From assembly GCA_038321985.1 (NCBI GenBank), contig JBBQFN010000002.1:320001-384000 (forward strand): 64,000 nt of DNA, written 5' to 3'. Positions within the stretch are counted from its first letter, which is position 1; each line of letters starts with the position of its first letter. A program made the position numbers and the translations under genes. This document shows, piece by piece, positions 20,089 through 30,476 of this stretch. Source of the DNA: Cyanophyceae cyanobacterium. Its GTDB lineage: Bacteria; Cyanobacteriota; Cyanobacteriia; Cyanobacteriales; Laspinemataceae. Under the pieces are notes generated by a model that ran no database searches, was not told the DNA's origin, and was given only the letters and a program-made list of their open reading frames with translations.

Positions 20089-20946
20089 CTAATCAACCGG
20101 CTTTTTGGCAGAAACCCGGGCTAAAAACTCGGCAACGATAGGGTTGAAAGCCTCTGCCTGTCCTAAAAACGGCCAGTGATTGCCGGTCATTCGATGCAGG
20201 GTCAGATTTTTTAAATAAGTTTTGTAAGGCTTAATTTGCCATTCGGCCCGATTAACACCCTGTTCGGGTTGGATGAATAGGGTAGGGGTGAATAGGGGTT
20301 CAGTCAGTCCGGCAACGCGCAGAACATCCTCAAAAATGCCATCTCGGGCGGCGATCGTAAACTTACTCCCCCACTCTCCATTGGGTTTTTCCTCAATCCC
20401 TTCTTGAAAAACGGTACGTTGCAGGGGAGTCCAACTCTCAAACTGACCCAACTGCTGCGCCTGTGCCTGCGCTGCTTCATAACTGGGAAAGGGACCCATC
20501 ATTTTTAGACAATTTAGGGTCCGATAGAGGATGGGAAAACTGAGTTTCATAATCGACGGCATTTTGGCGATAAAGATTGGGTCAACCAAAATCATACTGT
20601 TGAAGCGTTGGGGATTCTGTCGCGCCCAAATCGGGGCGATTTTGGCACTCCAAGAATGGGCTAAAACATGAGCCGATTGCCACCCCAGGTGATTGAATAA
20701 GCCTTCAAGATCGGCGATCGCATCCGAGACGGTGTAACCTTTCAATGGTTTACTGCTATAACCGTGACCCCGCATATCCGGCGCGACAATATGATAGCGA
20801 TCGCTGAGGTACTCCCCTAAACTCGACCAAACCACAGCGTGATCTCCCAATCCATGCAACAACAAAAACGGCTCTTTTCCTCGATTCCACTCTAAATAAG
20901 ACAATTGGAGATCGGGTAAGTTTAAGGTCTGACGAGTTGGCATCAT
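20089..20946 (-). CDS. Alpha/beta fold hydrolase
   Basis: LLHGLG, PDMRGHGYS, AHSWS nucleophile elbow, GNHW. Confidence 0.9.
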   Translation of the reverse strand: MMPTRQTLNLPDLQLSYLEWNRGKEPFLLLHGLGDHAVVWSSLGEYLSDRYHIVAPDMRGHGYSSKPLKGYTVSDAIADLEGLFNHLGWQSAHVLAHSWSAKIAPIWARQNPQRFNSMILVDPIFIAKMPSIMKLSFPILYRTLNCLKMMGPFPSYEAAQAQAQQLGQFESWTPLQRTVFQEGIEEKPNGEWGSKFTIAARDGIFEDVLRVAGLTEPLFTPTLFIQPEQGVNRAEWQIKPYKTYLKNLTLHRMTGNHWPFLGQAEAFNPIVAEFLARVSAKKPVD

Positions 20947-20952
20947 GGGAAG

Positions 20953-20983
20953 TTTAGATTTTAGATTTTAGATTTTAGATTTT
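20953..20983. repeat. Heptamer short tandem repeat (STRR-type)
   Basis: (TTTAGAT)x4 plus a partial copy. Confidence 0.85.
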
Positions 20984-21156
20984 CGGTAGAAATTTAGCAA
21001 TTGAGGATTATACGGATATCGACCTAGGCGATCGCGGCCCGGACCCAAATTTTGGGGCAAACTGGAGAGAAAACGAGGTAGCGCACCTTCATCTGTTCAC
21101 CGCTAAAATCTGTTATAATTTCACATTACATTATATTTTGACATCGGACTAAACTT

Positions 21157-21339
21157 TTGACTCAAAAACAGATTGTATTAAGGGTATTTTGGAGTATTGC
21201 CGGTCTCACCCTAGTCCTGTGGGTGCTTAGAGGTCTGCGGGTTTTAACGGGAATCTCTAGTGGAGTCCTGTGGCTGTTAATTTTTCTGTCCATTACCTTC
21301 GCGGTTCTTTATCGACTCCAAACCCCCAGGCGATATTAA
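21157..21339 (+). CDS. Small two-TM membrane protein
   Basis: 60 aa, TTG start, VLWVLRGLRVLT..SG.LWLL pattern, TATAAT upstream. Confidence 0.6.
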   Translation: MTQKQIVLRVFWSIAGLTLVLWVLRGLRVLTGISSGVLWLLIFLSITFAVLYRLQTPRRY

Positions 21340-21589
21340 ATCCTGTCTATTCATTCTCACTGTTTCACTATTTTAAAGATGAGTTTCTTAAGTTGGTAGT
21401 CATATCTAAAGTCGGCTTTTTTTAAAAATAAAAACTGAAAGTTAAAAATTTCAAGTTCGTAGTAACGACCTGAATCGTTCTTTCAAAAATAAAATTAAAC
21501 TCATAAAATCTCTAGTTTCTACTAACCGTTTCTACCCTCTTCATCGTAACGTTCCCCCTCTTTTTAAATCCTCCCTGAAATCCGTAGAA

Positions 21590-22651
21590 TTATTGATCAG
21601 GATCCGGCTGTTTTAAGCGATAGTAAGTGGCCCGGTCCCGCCGCATAGCAGCCCCAACCGTCACATTAAGCTGAGCGCCTAAGAGAGTTACCAACGAACT
21701 TAAGTAAAGCCATAAAAGTAAAATAATAATTGTCCCTACGGCACCATAAGTCCGGTTATAGTTTCCGAAATGGGAGACATAAAGTCGAAAAAAACTGGAA
21801 ATTATCGCCCATAAAACAGCGGCAATAAAAGCTCCTGGCACTAGGGGAGTATCCCGGCGACGGTGGGACGGACCAAAGCGATAAATAAAAGCAAAGGCAA
21901 CAGAAACGATCAGTAAGGTCAGAGGACGACTCCAGAAATGCCATACTTCCAATAAGCGCTCTTCCAGAGGACAACTTGCCAAGGGTTGCAACAGACAGAG
22001 AAATCCAGATTCAAATAAACAATTTTGGCCTGACTCGATCAGACAACTGCGACGGGCGATCAATTGAATCACCCAGTCACTGATAAAAATTAGAAACGAG
22101 GCCACAATAAACAGAACTATACTCCCCATCGCCAGACCGATCGCCACCAGTTTTGCTTTCCAAAAGGGCCGCCTTTGTTTGTGGGGAATTTGATGAATCT
22201 GATCTAGGGCCGCCATTGCCGCACCCATTACCCCCGAAAAAACCCACAGCGCCGCTACAAAACCCAGGGAAAAGACCTCTTGATTGCGACTTTGTAAAAT
22301 TTCTCTAATTAACACGCGAATCGTGTTCCAGACTTCAAGGGGAATGACCTCAGCCAGTTGATTAGCCAGGTTGAATAAGGTGGCTTGTAAGACTTCAAAT
22401 AGGCCAATTGCAGCAAGCACCACCAAAATAGCGGGAAACAGAGATAACATGGCATGGTAGGCCATTTCTGCGGATAACCCCGTTAATCGCTGTTGGCTGG
22501 CTCGGTCGGCAACTTCGCGCAGGGTAGAAAATTTCAGATAAGAAAAGAACTGTAAAAAGCGAACGAAGGGTTGGAATGTGGGACCCATACGCGCCACTGA
22601 GCGTCTGAATCGGATGATGAAATTTGTTAGAGATAGTTTGGGCAATTTCAC
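21590..22651 (-). CDS. YihY/BrkB family membrane protein
   Basis: SAEMAYHAMLSLFP, YRFGP, YNRTYGAVG..IILLLWLYLS....LLGAQLN. Confidence 0.9.
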   Translation of the reverse strand: MKLPKLSLTNFIIRFRRSVARMGPTFQPFVRFLQFFSYLKFSTLREVADRASQQRLTGLSAEMAYHAMLSLFPAILVVLAAIGLFEVLQATLFNLANQLAEVIPLEVWNTIRVLIREILQSRNQEVFSLGFVAALWVFSGVMGAAMAALDQIHQIPHKQRRPFWKAKLVAIGLAMGSIVLFIVASFLIFISDWVIQLIARRSCLIESGQNCLFESGFLCLLQPLASCPLEERLLEVWHFWSRPLTLLIVSVAFAFIYRFGPSHRRRDTPLVPGAFIAAVLWAIISSFFRLYVSHFGNYNRTYGAVGTIIILLLWLYLSSLVTLLGAQLNVTVGAAMRRDRATYYRLKQPDPDQ

Positions 22652-22827
22652 GACTCTGTGGCTCCCTCTGTGTTAGATTAGCCGGTAAAATGCAGCCCCT
22701 AACCCACGATTCGAGTTAGTTCCGGGGTCATCGGCTGGCGATCGCCAATCCACGGGGGTTGGAGGGGAAAAAAATACTAAACCTATACCCATCGTAATTT
22801 ACATTCTGAGCTTAACTAGAGTTTAAT

Positions 22828-22929
22828 AGGACTTACGCGGATAAACTGAGGTTCTTTGAAAACTCGTCGGTTTATTACCTAGCTATCTAAGCAGAAACCC
22901 AGGTTCTAGGTTTTTCCTGCGTAAGTCCT
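22828..22929. mobile_element. Short MITE-like element with 11-bp terminal inverted repeats
   Basis: AGGACTTACGC (22828-22838) ... GCGTAAGTCCT (22919-22929), non-coding interior. Confidence 0.55.
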
Positions 22930-22951
22930 GTTTAAGATTGATTGGGAGCAG

Positions 22952-23485
22952 TTGCCAATGTCGGAGAATGTCTCGCAGTGGTTGGAAGAAATTAAATCCC
23001 TGAAACAGGAAATCATCCGCGTGGAAAAAGAACGGGATGCGGCGTTGGCGGGTACCGATCGCTGGCGGGGACTTTACACGACGGAAGCGCAGCAACGGCG
23101 AACTCAGGTTGAGCAGTTGAGTGAGGCGATCGCCTCTATGAAAGCTGAACTAGAAAGATTGCAAGCTGCACCTTCCTCACCTCGTGCAGTTGCCCCATCG
23201 GAACTACTGCAAGAGTTGGCAGGAATGGAAATCGATCAATTAAAGGGGAAACTAATTGAGGCGTTAATGGAACGCGATCGCCTCGCCCAAGAAATCGTGC
23301 GGATCACTGAATCCCTGGAAGCACAAAAAGCGAGTCACGAACAGACGCGCCAAAGTTTAACCAGCGCCTTGGGAGATACGGTGGAACTCCTGAAAAAAGC
23401 CCAACCTGGAACGAAATCTGGACTCAATCTGGATTTGGCGCGTCTGGTCAGTGGCCCCTCATCAAACCCCAAGACCGAAGAATAA
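22952..23485 (+). CDS. Coiled-coil hypothetical protein
   Basis: Heptad-rich; WR.LY.TEAQQRR and H.QTR.SLT.ALGD motifs typical of a cyanobacterial family; start may be ATG 22958. Confidence 0.75.
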   Translation: MPMSENVSQWLEEIKSLKQEIIRVEKERDAALAGTDRWRGLYTTEAQQRRTQVEQLSEAIASMKAELERLQAAPSSPRAVAPSELLQELAGMEIDQLKGKLIEALMERDRLAQEIVRITESLEAQKASHEQTRQSLTSALGDTVELLKKAQPGTKSGLNLDLARLVSGPSSNPKTEE

Positions 23486-23490
23486 AGCAT

Positions 23491-23523
23491 CAAGGGGGTG
23501 CATCAGACCGATGCACCCCCTTG
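23491..23523. terminator. Perfect 14-bp hairpin between convergent genes
   Basis: CAAGGGGGTGCATC-agacc-GATGCACCCCCTTG. Confidence 0.6.
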
Positions 23524-23581
23524 CCACTGGTTTTGGATCCGCTTTGAGTGAGGGTTCTCCCCTGACTCCGGCCATTGGGAC

Positions 23582-24709
23582 CTAAAATCCCATAACTTTT
23601 GCCACGGCTTCCATTTCAGGTTCAATTCCTTGTTTAAAGGGATTGTTGCTATGTTTAATCGCGGTATCGGGGTCTTTGAGTCCATTCCCGGTGAGGACGC
23701 AGACCACGGTAGCACCTGTAGGTACTTGGTCTTTGACCTTTAGCAATCCGGCAACGGAGGCGGCAGAGGCGGGTTCACAGAATACCCCTTCCTGGGATGC
23801 AAGGAGACGATAGGCGTCGAGAATTTCGTCGTCGGTGACGGCATTAAAACTGCCTCCGGAGGACTCTTGGGCTGCGATCGCCTTATCCCAACTAGCTGGG
23901 TTTCCGATGCGGATAGCTGTAGCCAGGGTTTCAGGATTCGCGACGGGTTGACCGTTGACGAGAGGGGCTGCACCTGCGGCTTGAAATCCCATCATTTGAG
24001 GCAGGCGATCGCATTTCCCCGCTTGATGATACTGACAAAATCCCATCCAGTATGCGGAAATATTGCCGGCATTGCCCACGGGGATGCATAGCCAATCGGG
24101 AGCGTTACCCAAGGCATCCACGACCTCAAATGCCCCGGTTTTCTGCCCTTCGAGGCGATAGGGATTGACTGAGTTGACCAAGGTAACGGGATAATGTTCT
24201 GCCATATCCCGGACGATTTCTAGGGCTTTGTCGAAATTCCCTTTAATAGCTAAGACTTCTGCGCCATAAAGCAACGCTTGGGCGAGTTTACCTAGGGCGA
24301 CATAGCCATCCGGAATCAGCACGAATGCCCGCATTCCAGCGCGTCTGGCATAAGCAGCAGCGGAGGCGGAGGTATTGCCGGTACTAGCACAGATGACGGC
24401 TTTGGCCCCTTCCTCTTTGGCTTTAGAAATTGCCATTGTCATCCCCCGGTCTTTAAAGCTGCCGGTGGGGTTGAGACCATCATATTTGACGTAAACTTGC
24501 ACCTGTCTGCCGACGAGTTCAGCGATCGCCGGGACAGGAATCAGGGGGGTGTTACCTTCTTGGAGGGTAATCACAGGAGTCTGGTCGCTGACGGGCAGAT
24601 ACTGGCGGTAAGCCTCGATCAGACCGGGCCAGTATAAGGACCGGAGTGAAGCACCTGCGGCAGTTGCACCGGGAGATTGGGAGGGAACGGGAGAATAACT
24701 CAGGGTCAC
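23582..24709 (-). CDS. thrC: Threonine synthase
   Basis: PLP lysine motif [43 protein letters not shown]. Confidence 0.95.
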   Translation of the reverse strand: MTLSYSPVPSQSPGATAAGASLRSLYWPGLIEAYRQYLPVSDQTPVITLQEGNTPLIPVPAIAELVGRQVQVYVKYDGLNPTGSFKDRGMTMAISKAKEEGAKAVICASTGNTSASAAAYARRAGMRAFVLIPDGYVALGKLAQALLYGAEVLAIKGNFDKALEIVRDMAEHYPVTLVNSVNPYRLEGQKTGAFEVVDALGNAPDWLCIPVGNAGNISAYWMGFCQYHQAGKCDRLPQMMGFQAAGAAPLVNGQPVANPETLATAIRIGNPASWDKAIAAQESSGGSFNAVTDDEILDAYRLLASQEGVFCEPASAASVAGLLKVKDQVPTGATVVCVLTGNGLKDPDTAIKHSNNPFKQGIEPEMEAVAKVMGF

Positions 24710-24979
24710 CGTGGTTAATTCTGTTGGACTTCAAATAGCCTTACAGTCTAATCTAACTGTACCCCACTCGTCAAAATTCTGCCGGGGACTGCGGCTGTGG
24801 GTATGACTGGAAAAGGCAGATTTTCCCCAGGTTTCACCTTTGCCTGACAGGGTAAACAGTCCTGGGGAGGGGGGAAGAATTTGGAATTTTGATAAATTTG
24901 ATGCTTTTTTTTTCTGGGGTTAGGATAGAATAACCAGGTGCTTCGACTAAGTAAAAATTACTAAACTTAACAACGACTG

Positions 24980-25237
24980 ATGCCCACTGTTATTTCGAGC
25001 CGATCCAACTCCGAAACCGTTCAGAGTGCCTCTAGCGTAGCGATCGCTTCTAATGCTTCCCAGAATAACGGCGATCGCCTAATCCAAATGCTCAAGTCCC
25101 TCTACCAGGCCGATCAGCAGGTCAAGTTCTTGCACTTGCACGCCGAAGCCGACTACCTCTTGCAACAATTACAAACCGTCAAACAGCAACACTCCAACCC
25201 CGATTCTGCCGTTCCTGCTTCTGTCTCGAAATCTTAA
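24980..25237 (+). CDS. Small hypothetical protein
   Basis: 85 aa ORF with LYQADQQVKFLHLHAE..LLQQLQ helix reminiscent of a conserved cyanobacterial family. Confidence 0.65.
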   Translation: MPTVISSRSNSETVQSASSVAIASNASQNNGDRLIQMLKSLYQADQQVKFLHLHAEADYLLQQLQTVKQQHSNPDSAVPASVSKS

Positions 25238-25644
25238 GCGGCACTCTGACCGGGACAGTCGGACCCCTACTATTTCCTATCCGCACTGTCCCGATGGCAG
25301 TCTACCCCCGGTAAAGTGTTTTGCTCGTATTGCCCAGAGCTGCATCATTTAAGTATTTTGTCAATAGCCGAGGGGAAAATGTGAGGGAAAAATCCCTACT
25401 TTAAAAATTCCTGCTGTCCCATCGCAAGATGTGCTATAAAAGGTAAAGTTTTATGACGTGCCAGGTTTCTTAACCCCAGGGATGCGGAGTTTTTGTGCCG
25501 CATTTTACCCGGAACAGGCATCCATCAATCATCAGATTGCACGCAAGACGGCCCTGCTACTCACCCTTTGAGTCAGCAGAAATTTATCCTGCGGCGATCG
25601 GGGGATTCCCACGACTAGCAACCGGAACAGTTAGATTTATATAG

Positions 25645-26703
25645 ATGACAGCATCAACATTAAAGCCTCAATTAACCCCTCAAACATTGGAATCAGAGTC
25701 CTTCCCATCTTCTCTACGTCTGAGAGATATTTTGAGGACATTGCCGAAAGATGTATTTCTCAAAAATCAGCGGAAAGCATGGACTAGAGTCATCATCAAT
25801 GTATTATTGGTGGCAGTCGGCTACTGGGCATTAGCCGTTTCTCCTGCATTTTTATTGCCCATACTCTGGATCTATACCGGAACAGCCCTCACGGGTTTTT
25901 TTGTAATCGCCCATGATTGTGGTCACCGATCTTTTGCCAATCGCAAATGGGTCAATGATCTGGTCGGTCACATCATGATGTTGCCTTTAATTTATCCCTT
26001 TCACGGCTGGCGGATTGGTCACAATCACCACCACAAACACACGAATAAACTGCTGGAAGATAATGCTTGGGAACCTTGGTTACCCGACGTTTACGAAAAT
26101 CTCAGCACTTTTATGAAGACCTTTTATCGGTTCCTGCGGGGACGTTTCTGGTGGATGGGTTCCATCGTTCACTGGGCTGGTTTACACTTTAATTGGTGGC
26201 GTTATGAAGGCAAGAAACGCGAACAGATGAAATTGTCTGCATTAGTCGTTGTGGCTTTTGCTGCGATCGCCTTCCCCACCCTAATTGCTACTACCGGAAT
26301 TTGGGGATTTGTCAAATTTTGGTTAATGCCTTGGATGGTCTACCATTTCTGGATGAGCACCTTCACCATCGTTCACCATACCACCCCGAATATTTCTTTT
26401 GCTTTCCCCGAAGATTGGCATGAAGCAAAAGCACAATTAAGCGGTACGGTTCATTGTGATTACCCCCGCTGGGTGGAATTCCTCTGTCACGACATTAACG
26501 TTCATATTCCCCATCACCTATCTACGGCAATTCCGTCTTACAACTTACGGAAAGCCCATGCTAGTCTGGAACAAAACTGGGGCCAACATCTTCAAAAAAG
26601 CCGTTTCTCATGGTCCTTAATGAAGGAAATTACGGACAAGTGTCATTTGTACGATGACCAAAACGGTTACCAATCTTTCAAAGATTATCATGCCGGTCGG
26701 TAA
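25645..26703 (+). CDS. desA: Delta-12 acyl-lipid desaturase
   Basis: Three His boxes HDCGH, HNHHH, HIPHH; WMSTFTIVHHT and GTVHCDYPRWVE characteristic of DesA. Confidence 0.92.
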   Translation: MTASTLKPQLTPQTLESESFPSSLRLRDILRTLPKDVFLKNQRKAWTRVIINVLLVAVGYWALAVSPAFLLPILWIYTGTALTGFFVIAHDCGHRSFANRKWVNDLVGHIMMLPLIYPFHGWRIGHNHHHKHTNKLLEDNAWEPWLPDVYENLSTFMKTFYRFLRGRFWWMGSIVHWAGLHFNWWRYEGKKREQMKLSALVVVAFAAIAFPTLIATTGIWGFVKFWLMPWMVYHFWMSTFTIVHHTTPNISFAFPEDWHEAKAQLSGTVHCDYPRWVEFLCHDINVHIPHHLSTAIPSYNLRKAHASLEQNWGQHLQKSRFSWSLMKEITDKCHLYDDQNGYQSFKDYHAGR

Positions 26704-26741
26704 TCGAGAGAATCCTCTCCTCTCCCTGTGAATTACAGCTT

Positions 26742-26775
26742 AAAGACGCGCCAACTGCGCGTCTTTGTTGTTTTT
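26742..26775 (+). terminator. Intrinsic terminator of desA
   Basis: AAAGACGCGC-caact-GCGCGTCTTT followed by a T-rich tail. Confidence 0.7.
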
Positions 26776-26906
26776 AAAGATAATAACGTCAGTCGTCTTT
26801 GGATGTTCGGGGTCACGACTTGCTTTAGTCTCCGGCTGTTCATCATCCGTATGTCTAAGATAAATAAAGCTGTATTAACATAAAAAATCTTATCTAAAGG
26901 GGTGCC

Positions 26907-27437
26907 ATGACCCAGCCAACTTTCGGAACTAACCCAGAGAACAGAATCCGCCGTAATTCTCTCCCCGGACCCATTCCATTAAGCTATTACGGGGTTTATC
27001 GCTGTCCAGTTTGTCGCTATGGCGAACTCTCTAACATCGCGATGATGGATGCCTTTGGCTGTAACTTTTGCAGTCGCATTTTTACCGCCAACCTAGACCA
27101 AAATGCCCTCAGTTTAGCCGATAGTCTCCCACCCATCACCTGGCATTGGAACGGACGCCAATGGCAAGGACTGCCTCGCGTTGGGGTAGAATTCGGATGG
27201 GAAATTGGCATCGCTGCGATCGCCATCATTACTCTACCCACCCTGTTAGTCGGACTGGGTGCCTATATTTTCCCCCCAGTCCCCGGCAGTAGCTTAAGCT
27301 GGGTTCCGGCCTTTTGGACCATTGCCACCTTTTGCGGTCATCTCACCATAGTTCTATGGCTGATGGTTGAATATTATCAGTTTCCCGTGTTGCTATTCTT
27401 AAAAGCATGGCAACGCCGTTTATGGATGCGATCGTAA
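26907..27437 (+). CDS. Hypothetical membrane protein with N-terminal Cys4 zinc ribbon
   Basis: CPVC...CNFC, then two TM helices, C-terminal EYYQFP. Confidence 0.75.
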   Translation: MTQPTFGTNPENRIRRNSLPGPIPLSYYGVYRCPVCRYGELSNIAMMDAFGCNFCSRIFTANLDQNALSLADSLPPITWHWNGRQWQGLPRVGVEFGWEIGIAAIAIITLPTLLVGLGAYIFPPVPGSSLSWVPAFWTIATFCGHLTIVLWLMVEYYQFPVLLFLKAWQRRLWMRS

Positions 27438-27455
27438 CTAAACCTTCCCCGGTTT

Positions 27456-27555
27456 GTAGTAACGACTTACTGTCGTTATTTCGGAGATTGTAGAGACGTA
27501 AAATTTTACGTCTCTACAGTCTTTTCCAGTTCGTACTAACGACTTGCTGTGATTA
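27456..27555. repeat. Composite cluster of REP-like palindromes between convergent genes
   Basis: GTAGTAACGAC-ttact-GTCGTTATT (27456-27480), perfect 30-bp palindrome TGTAGAGACGTAAAATTTTACGTCTCTACA (27489-27518), decayed GTACTAACGAC copy (27533-27555). Confidence 0.75.
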
Positions 27556-27608
27556 AAATGAGGCAATTTCTAAATTACCCCACAATCAGCCAACTTCCCA
27601 GTCAATCC

Positions 27609-28991
27609 TTACAAATTACTTTGAATCAATTCTCGGTATTGACTTTTTTGCTTGACCCCAATTACTTGGGTGACTAATGCTTTCTCCTTGAAAAACTGCA
27701 CCGTAGGCGTTCCAGTTACTCCGGCATTTGCTGCAATATCTTGGTCCTCTTCGATGTCGATTTCAATGTAGTGAACCTTGCCATCAAACTCATCGACTAC
27801 TTTACTGAGAATGGGTTTGAGAGTATGGCAAGGACCGCAGGAGGGGGCGGAATATTTAACCACAATCAGGCGATCGCTTTGATGGTACAATTTTCGCAAG
27901 GCAAGCCCGCCAACATGGCGCGTCACCGCTAGGTCAAATGTCTCTTCCGTATCCGCTTTTTGTTCTTTTTCCGGTTCCGGTGCTTTTTCCGATGCTTCGG
28001 TTTGATGGAACTCCTGAACTAACCCATTCACGGATAACCACCGTTCCGCTAACATCGCCCCCATACATCCAGTTCCTGCCGCTGTAATCGCTTGCCGAAA
28101 CTCGTGGTCCTGCACATCTCCAGTCGCATAAACCCCTTCAATACTGGTTTCAACACTGCCCGGTTTCGTGACAATATATCCCACATCATCCAGTTCCAGT
28201 TGACCTTTAAACAGTTGCGTATTCGGAGTGTGACCGATCGCATAAAACAACCCCCGGACCTGCAAATCGGTTTCTTCCCCAGTTTTGATGTTCCTAATTT
28301 TAACCCCTTCCATGTGTTCCTCATTTCCGAGGATATCTACAGTCTCTGTATTCCAGTAAACTGTAATTTTCGGGTTATTTAATACCCGGTCTTGCATCGC
28401 TTTCGAGGCCCGCATCTCTTCCCGACGGACCAGCAGGTGCACATGGGTACCATATTTGGTTAAATATACCGCTTCTTCCGCAGCAGTATCTCCCCCACCA
28501 ACCACCGCTAATGCAACCCCTCTAAAAATGGGACTGGCCCCATCGCAAATTGCACAAGCAGAAACCCCACGACTCCAGAATTGATGTTCGCTGGAGAGCC
28601 CCAACCGTTTGGCCGTGGCCCCTGTGGCAATAATTACCGTATGGGCCTTGACTTCTCGTTCGTCCGAACGGATCACAAAGGGACGCTGACTCAGATCCAC
28701 CGATCGCACGTCTTCCGTGTACAATTCGGCCCCCCAGCGTTGCGCCTGGAGTTTCATGCGTTCCATTAATTTCGGACCTGTAATCCCTTCAGGAAACCCC
28801 GGGAAATTCTCGACTTCCGTCGTGGTCATTAATTGACCTCCGGGAATGCCCCCCATTTGAAACCCTTCAAAAACTACAGGTTTCAGATTCGCCCGTCCCG
28901 CATAAATGGCGGCAGTGAATCCGGCAGGGCCAGATCCAATAATCACGACGTTTTCTACTACTGGATTTGTCATGGCTTTAATCAAACTCAT
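27609..28991 (-). CDS. trxB: NADPH-dependent thioredoxin reductase with fused C-terminal thioredoxin (NTRC type)
   Basis: IGSGPAG, CAIC redox centre, GGGD, and C-terminal Trx domain with CGPC. Confidence 0.95.
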   Translation of the reverse strand: MSLIKAMTNPVVENVVIIGSGPAGFTAAIYAGRANLKPVVFEGFQMGGIPGGQLMTTTEVENFPGFPEGITGPKLMERMKLQAQRWGAELYTEDVRSVDLSQRPFVIRSDEREVKAHTVIIATGATAKRLGLSSEHQFWSRGVSACAICDGASPIFRGVALAVVGGGDTAAEEAVYLTKYGTHVHLLVRREEMRASKAMQDRVLNNPKITVYWNTETVDILGNEEHMEGVKIRNIKTGEETDLQVRGLFYAIGHTPNTQLFKGQLELDDVGYIVTKPGSVETSIEGVYATGDVQDHEFRQAITAAGTGCMGAMLAERWLSVNGLVQEFHQTEASEKAPEPEKEQKADTEETFDLAVTRHVGGLALRKLYHQSDRLIVVKYSAPSCGPCHTLKPILSKVVDEFDGKVHYIEIDIEEDQDIAANAGVTGTPTVQFFKEKALVTQVIGVKQKSQYRELIQSNL

Positions 28992-29089
28992 ACCGACTTC
29001 ACTTTAAATTGATTATATCAATCTGATAATTATTATCAGTGATCTAAATCACTTTAGAGTCGTTGATCCTTTGGGAAGTTATTTAGACA

Positions 29090-29114
29090 AATTGACAATT
29101 GACAATTGTCAATT
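29090..29114. repeat. Heptamer short tandem repeat (STRR-type)
   Basis: AATTGAC AATTGAC AATTGTC AATT. Confidence 0.7.
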
Positions 29115-29178
29115 ATTTTTACATCAGGACCACTAGATCTTAAAATAGCAAAACAAACCCTTAGCAGCAGGTGAGAGA

Positions 29179-29838
29179 ATGGAACGAGTGCTAGAACCGG
29201 AAGTGATGGATACTTGGGAAGATGCAACGGCGTATGACACAATGGATTTTCTGGAAGTGAATACAGCCTTTGCTGAAAGTGCGATCGCAGTTGGGCCCGA
29301 GTCTGCCTTGGTCCTAGATGCGGGAACGGGGACGGCACGAATTCCGATATTAATCGTGCAGCGTCGTCCCCAGTGGCAAATCAAGGCGATCGACCTTTCG
29401 CACAATATGTTACAAGTGGGAATACAGAATGTGCAAGCTGCTGGGGTACAAGACCAAATCCAGTTAGAGTATATAGATGCTAAACAGATGCCTTATGGAG
29501 ACGGCACATTTGATATAGTCATTTCCAATAGCATCATCCATCATCTCCCGGACCCGATACCCTTTTTCCGAGAGTTGAAACGAGTTTTAAAACCCAATGG
29601 CGGGATATTTCTACGAGATTTAATGCGGCCAACGGATATGGAAACCGTGGATGAAATAGTAGCCCGAATCGGCCCGGAATATAACGATTACCAGACCCAG
29701 TTATTTCGGGATTCTTTGATAGCTGCATTTACAATAGAAGAGGTGCAGGAACTGGTAGAAATGGCGGGATTAGAAGGGATTAAAATTTATGCGTCTTCGG
29801 ACCGTCATTGGACTGCGGAAAGGGCTTACAGAGAATAA
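29179..29838 (+). CDS. Class I SAM-dependent methyltransferase
   Basis: MERVLEPEVMD start, LDAGTGTA, SNSIIHH, RVLKPNG, RDL.RP. Confidence 0.9.
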   Translation: MERVLEPEVMDTWEDATAYDTMDFLEVNTAFAESAIAVGPESALVLDAGTGTARIPILIVQRRPQWQIKAIDLSHNMLQVGIQNVQAAGVQDQIQLEYIDAKQMPYGDGTFDIVISNSIIHHLPDPIPFFRELKRVLKPNGGIFLRDLMRPTDMETVDEIVARIGPEYNDYQTQLFRDSLIAAFTIEEVQELVEMAGLEGIKIYASSDRHWTAERAYRE

Positions 29839-29868
29839 GGGTTTGATTGGATCGGTTAAACTGAACCC

Positions 29869-29891
29869 ACAGAGGGGGTTTAACCCTCTGT
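29869..29891. terminator. Hairpin between convergent methyltransferase and macrodomain genes
   Basis: ACAGAGGG-ggtttaa-CCCTCTGT. Confidence 0.5.
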
Positions 29892-29915
29892 TAATCGGGT
29901 GATTGGGGATTTTGG

Positions 29916-30434
29916 TTATGTTTCCTGGGTGGCGATCGCTGTTAAATGGCACTGATATGATTCTTTGCTAAAGCAGACAAATCGAACTTGAGAAATCCCG
30001 GCCGTTTGAGTTAAAAATTGCTGCACCGTCTTGACAGCTATTGTAGCAGCCCGTTCCATTGGAAAACCATAAACTCCGGTGCTAATTGCTGGAAAAGCCA
30101 TCGTTTTTAGTTGATGTTTTTCGGCTAATTTTAAACTCTGGTGATAACAGCTTGCCAGCAATTCATCTTCATGATGGTTGCCCCCTTGCCAGACAGGGCC
30201 AACCGTATGAATCACATATTTTGCCGGGAGATTGTAGCCAAGCGTTATCTTAGCTTCGCCGGTTTTACAGCCGTTCAGGGTGCGACATTCGTCCAATAAA
30301 CCCGAACCCGCTGCACGGTGGATGGCACCATCAACACCACCTCCTCCTAATAAACGGGTATTGGCAGCATTGACGATCGCATCGACCTGTTCTTTGGTAA
30401 TATCGCCTTGAATCACTGTGATTTTATCAGTCAT
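29916..30434 (-). CDS. ymdB: Macrodomain O-acetyl-ADP-ribose deacetylase / ADP-ribosyl hydrolase (YmdB/MacroD type)
   Basis: [40 protein letters not shown] 30434 avoids overlap with the divergent Nudix gene. Confidence 0.92.
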   Translation of the reverse strand: MTDKITVIQGDITKEQVDAIVNAANTRLLGGGGVDGAIHRAAGSGLLDECRTLNGCKTGEAKITLGYNLPAKYVIHTVGPVWQGGNHHEDELLASCYHQSLKLAEKHQLKTMAFPAISTGVYGFPMERAATIAVKTVQQFLTQTAGISQVRFVCFSKESYQCHLTAIATQET

Positions 30435-30476
30435 AGTAGTAAAGTTTTTGTCCAATAGAGAAACTACTTTTATTGT

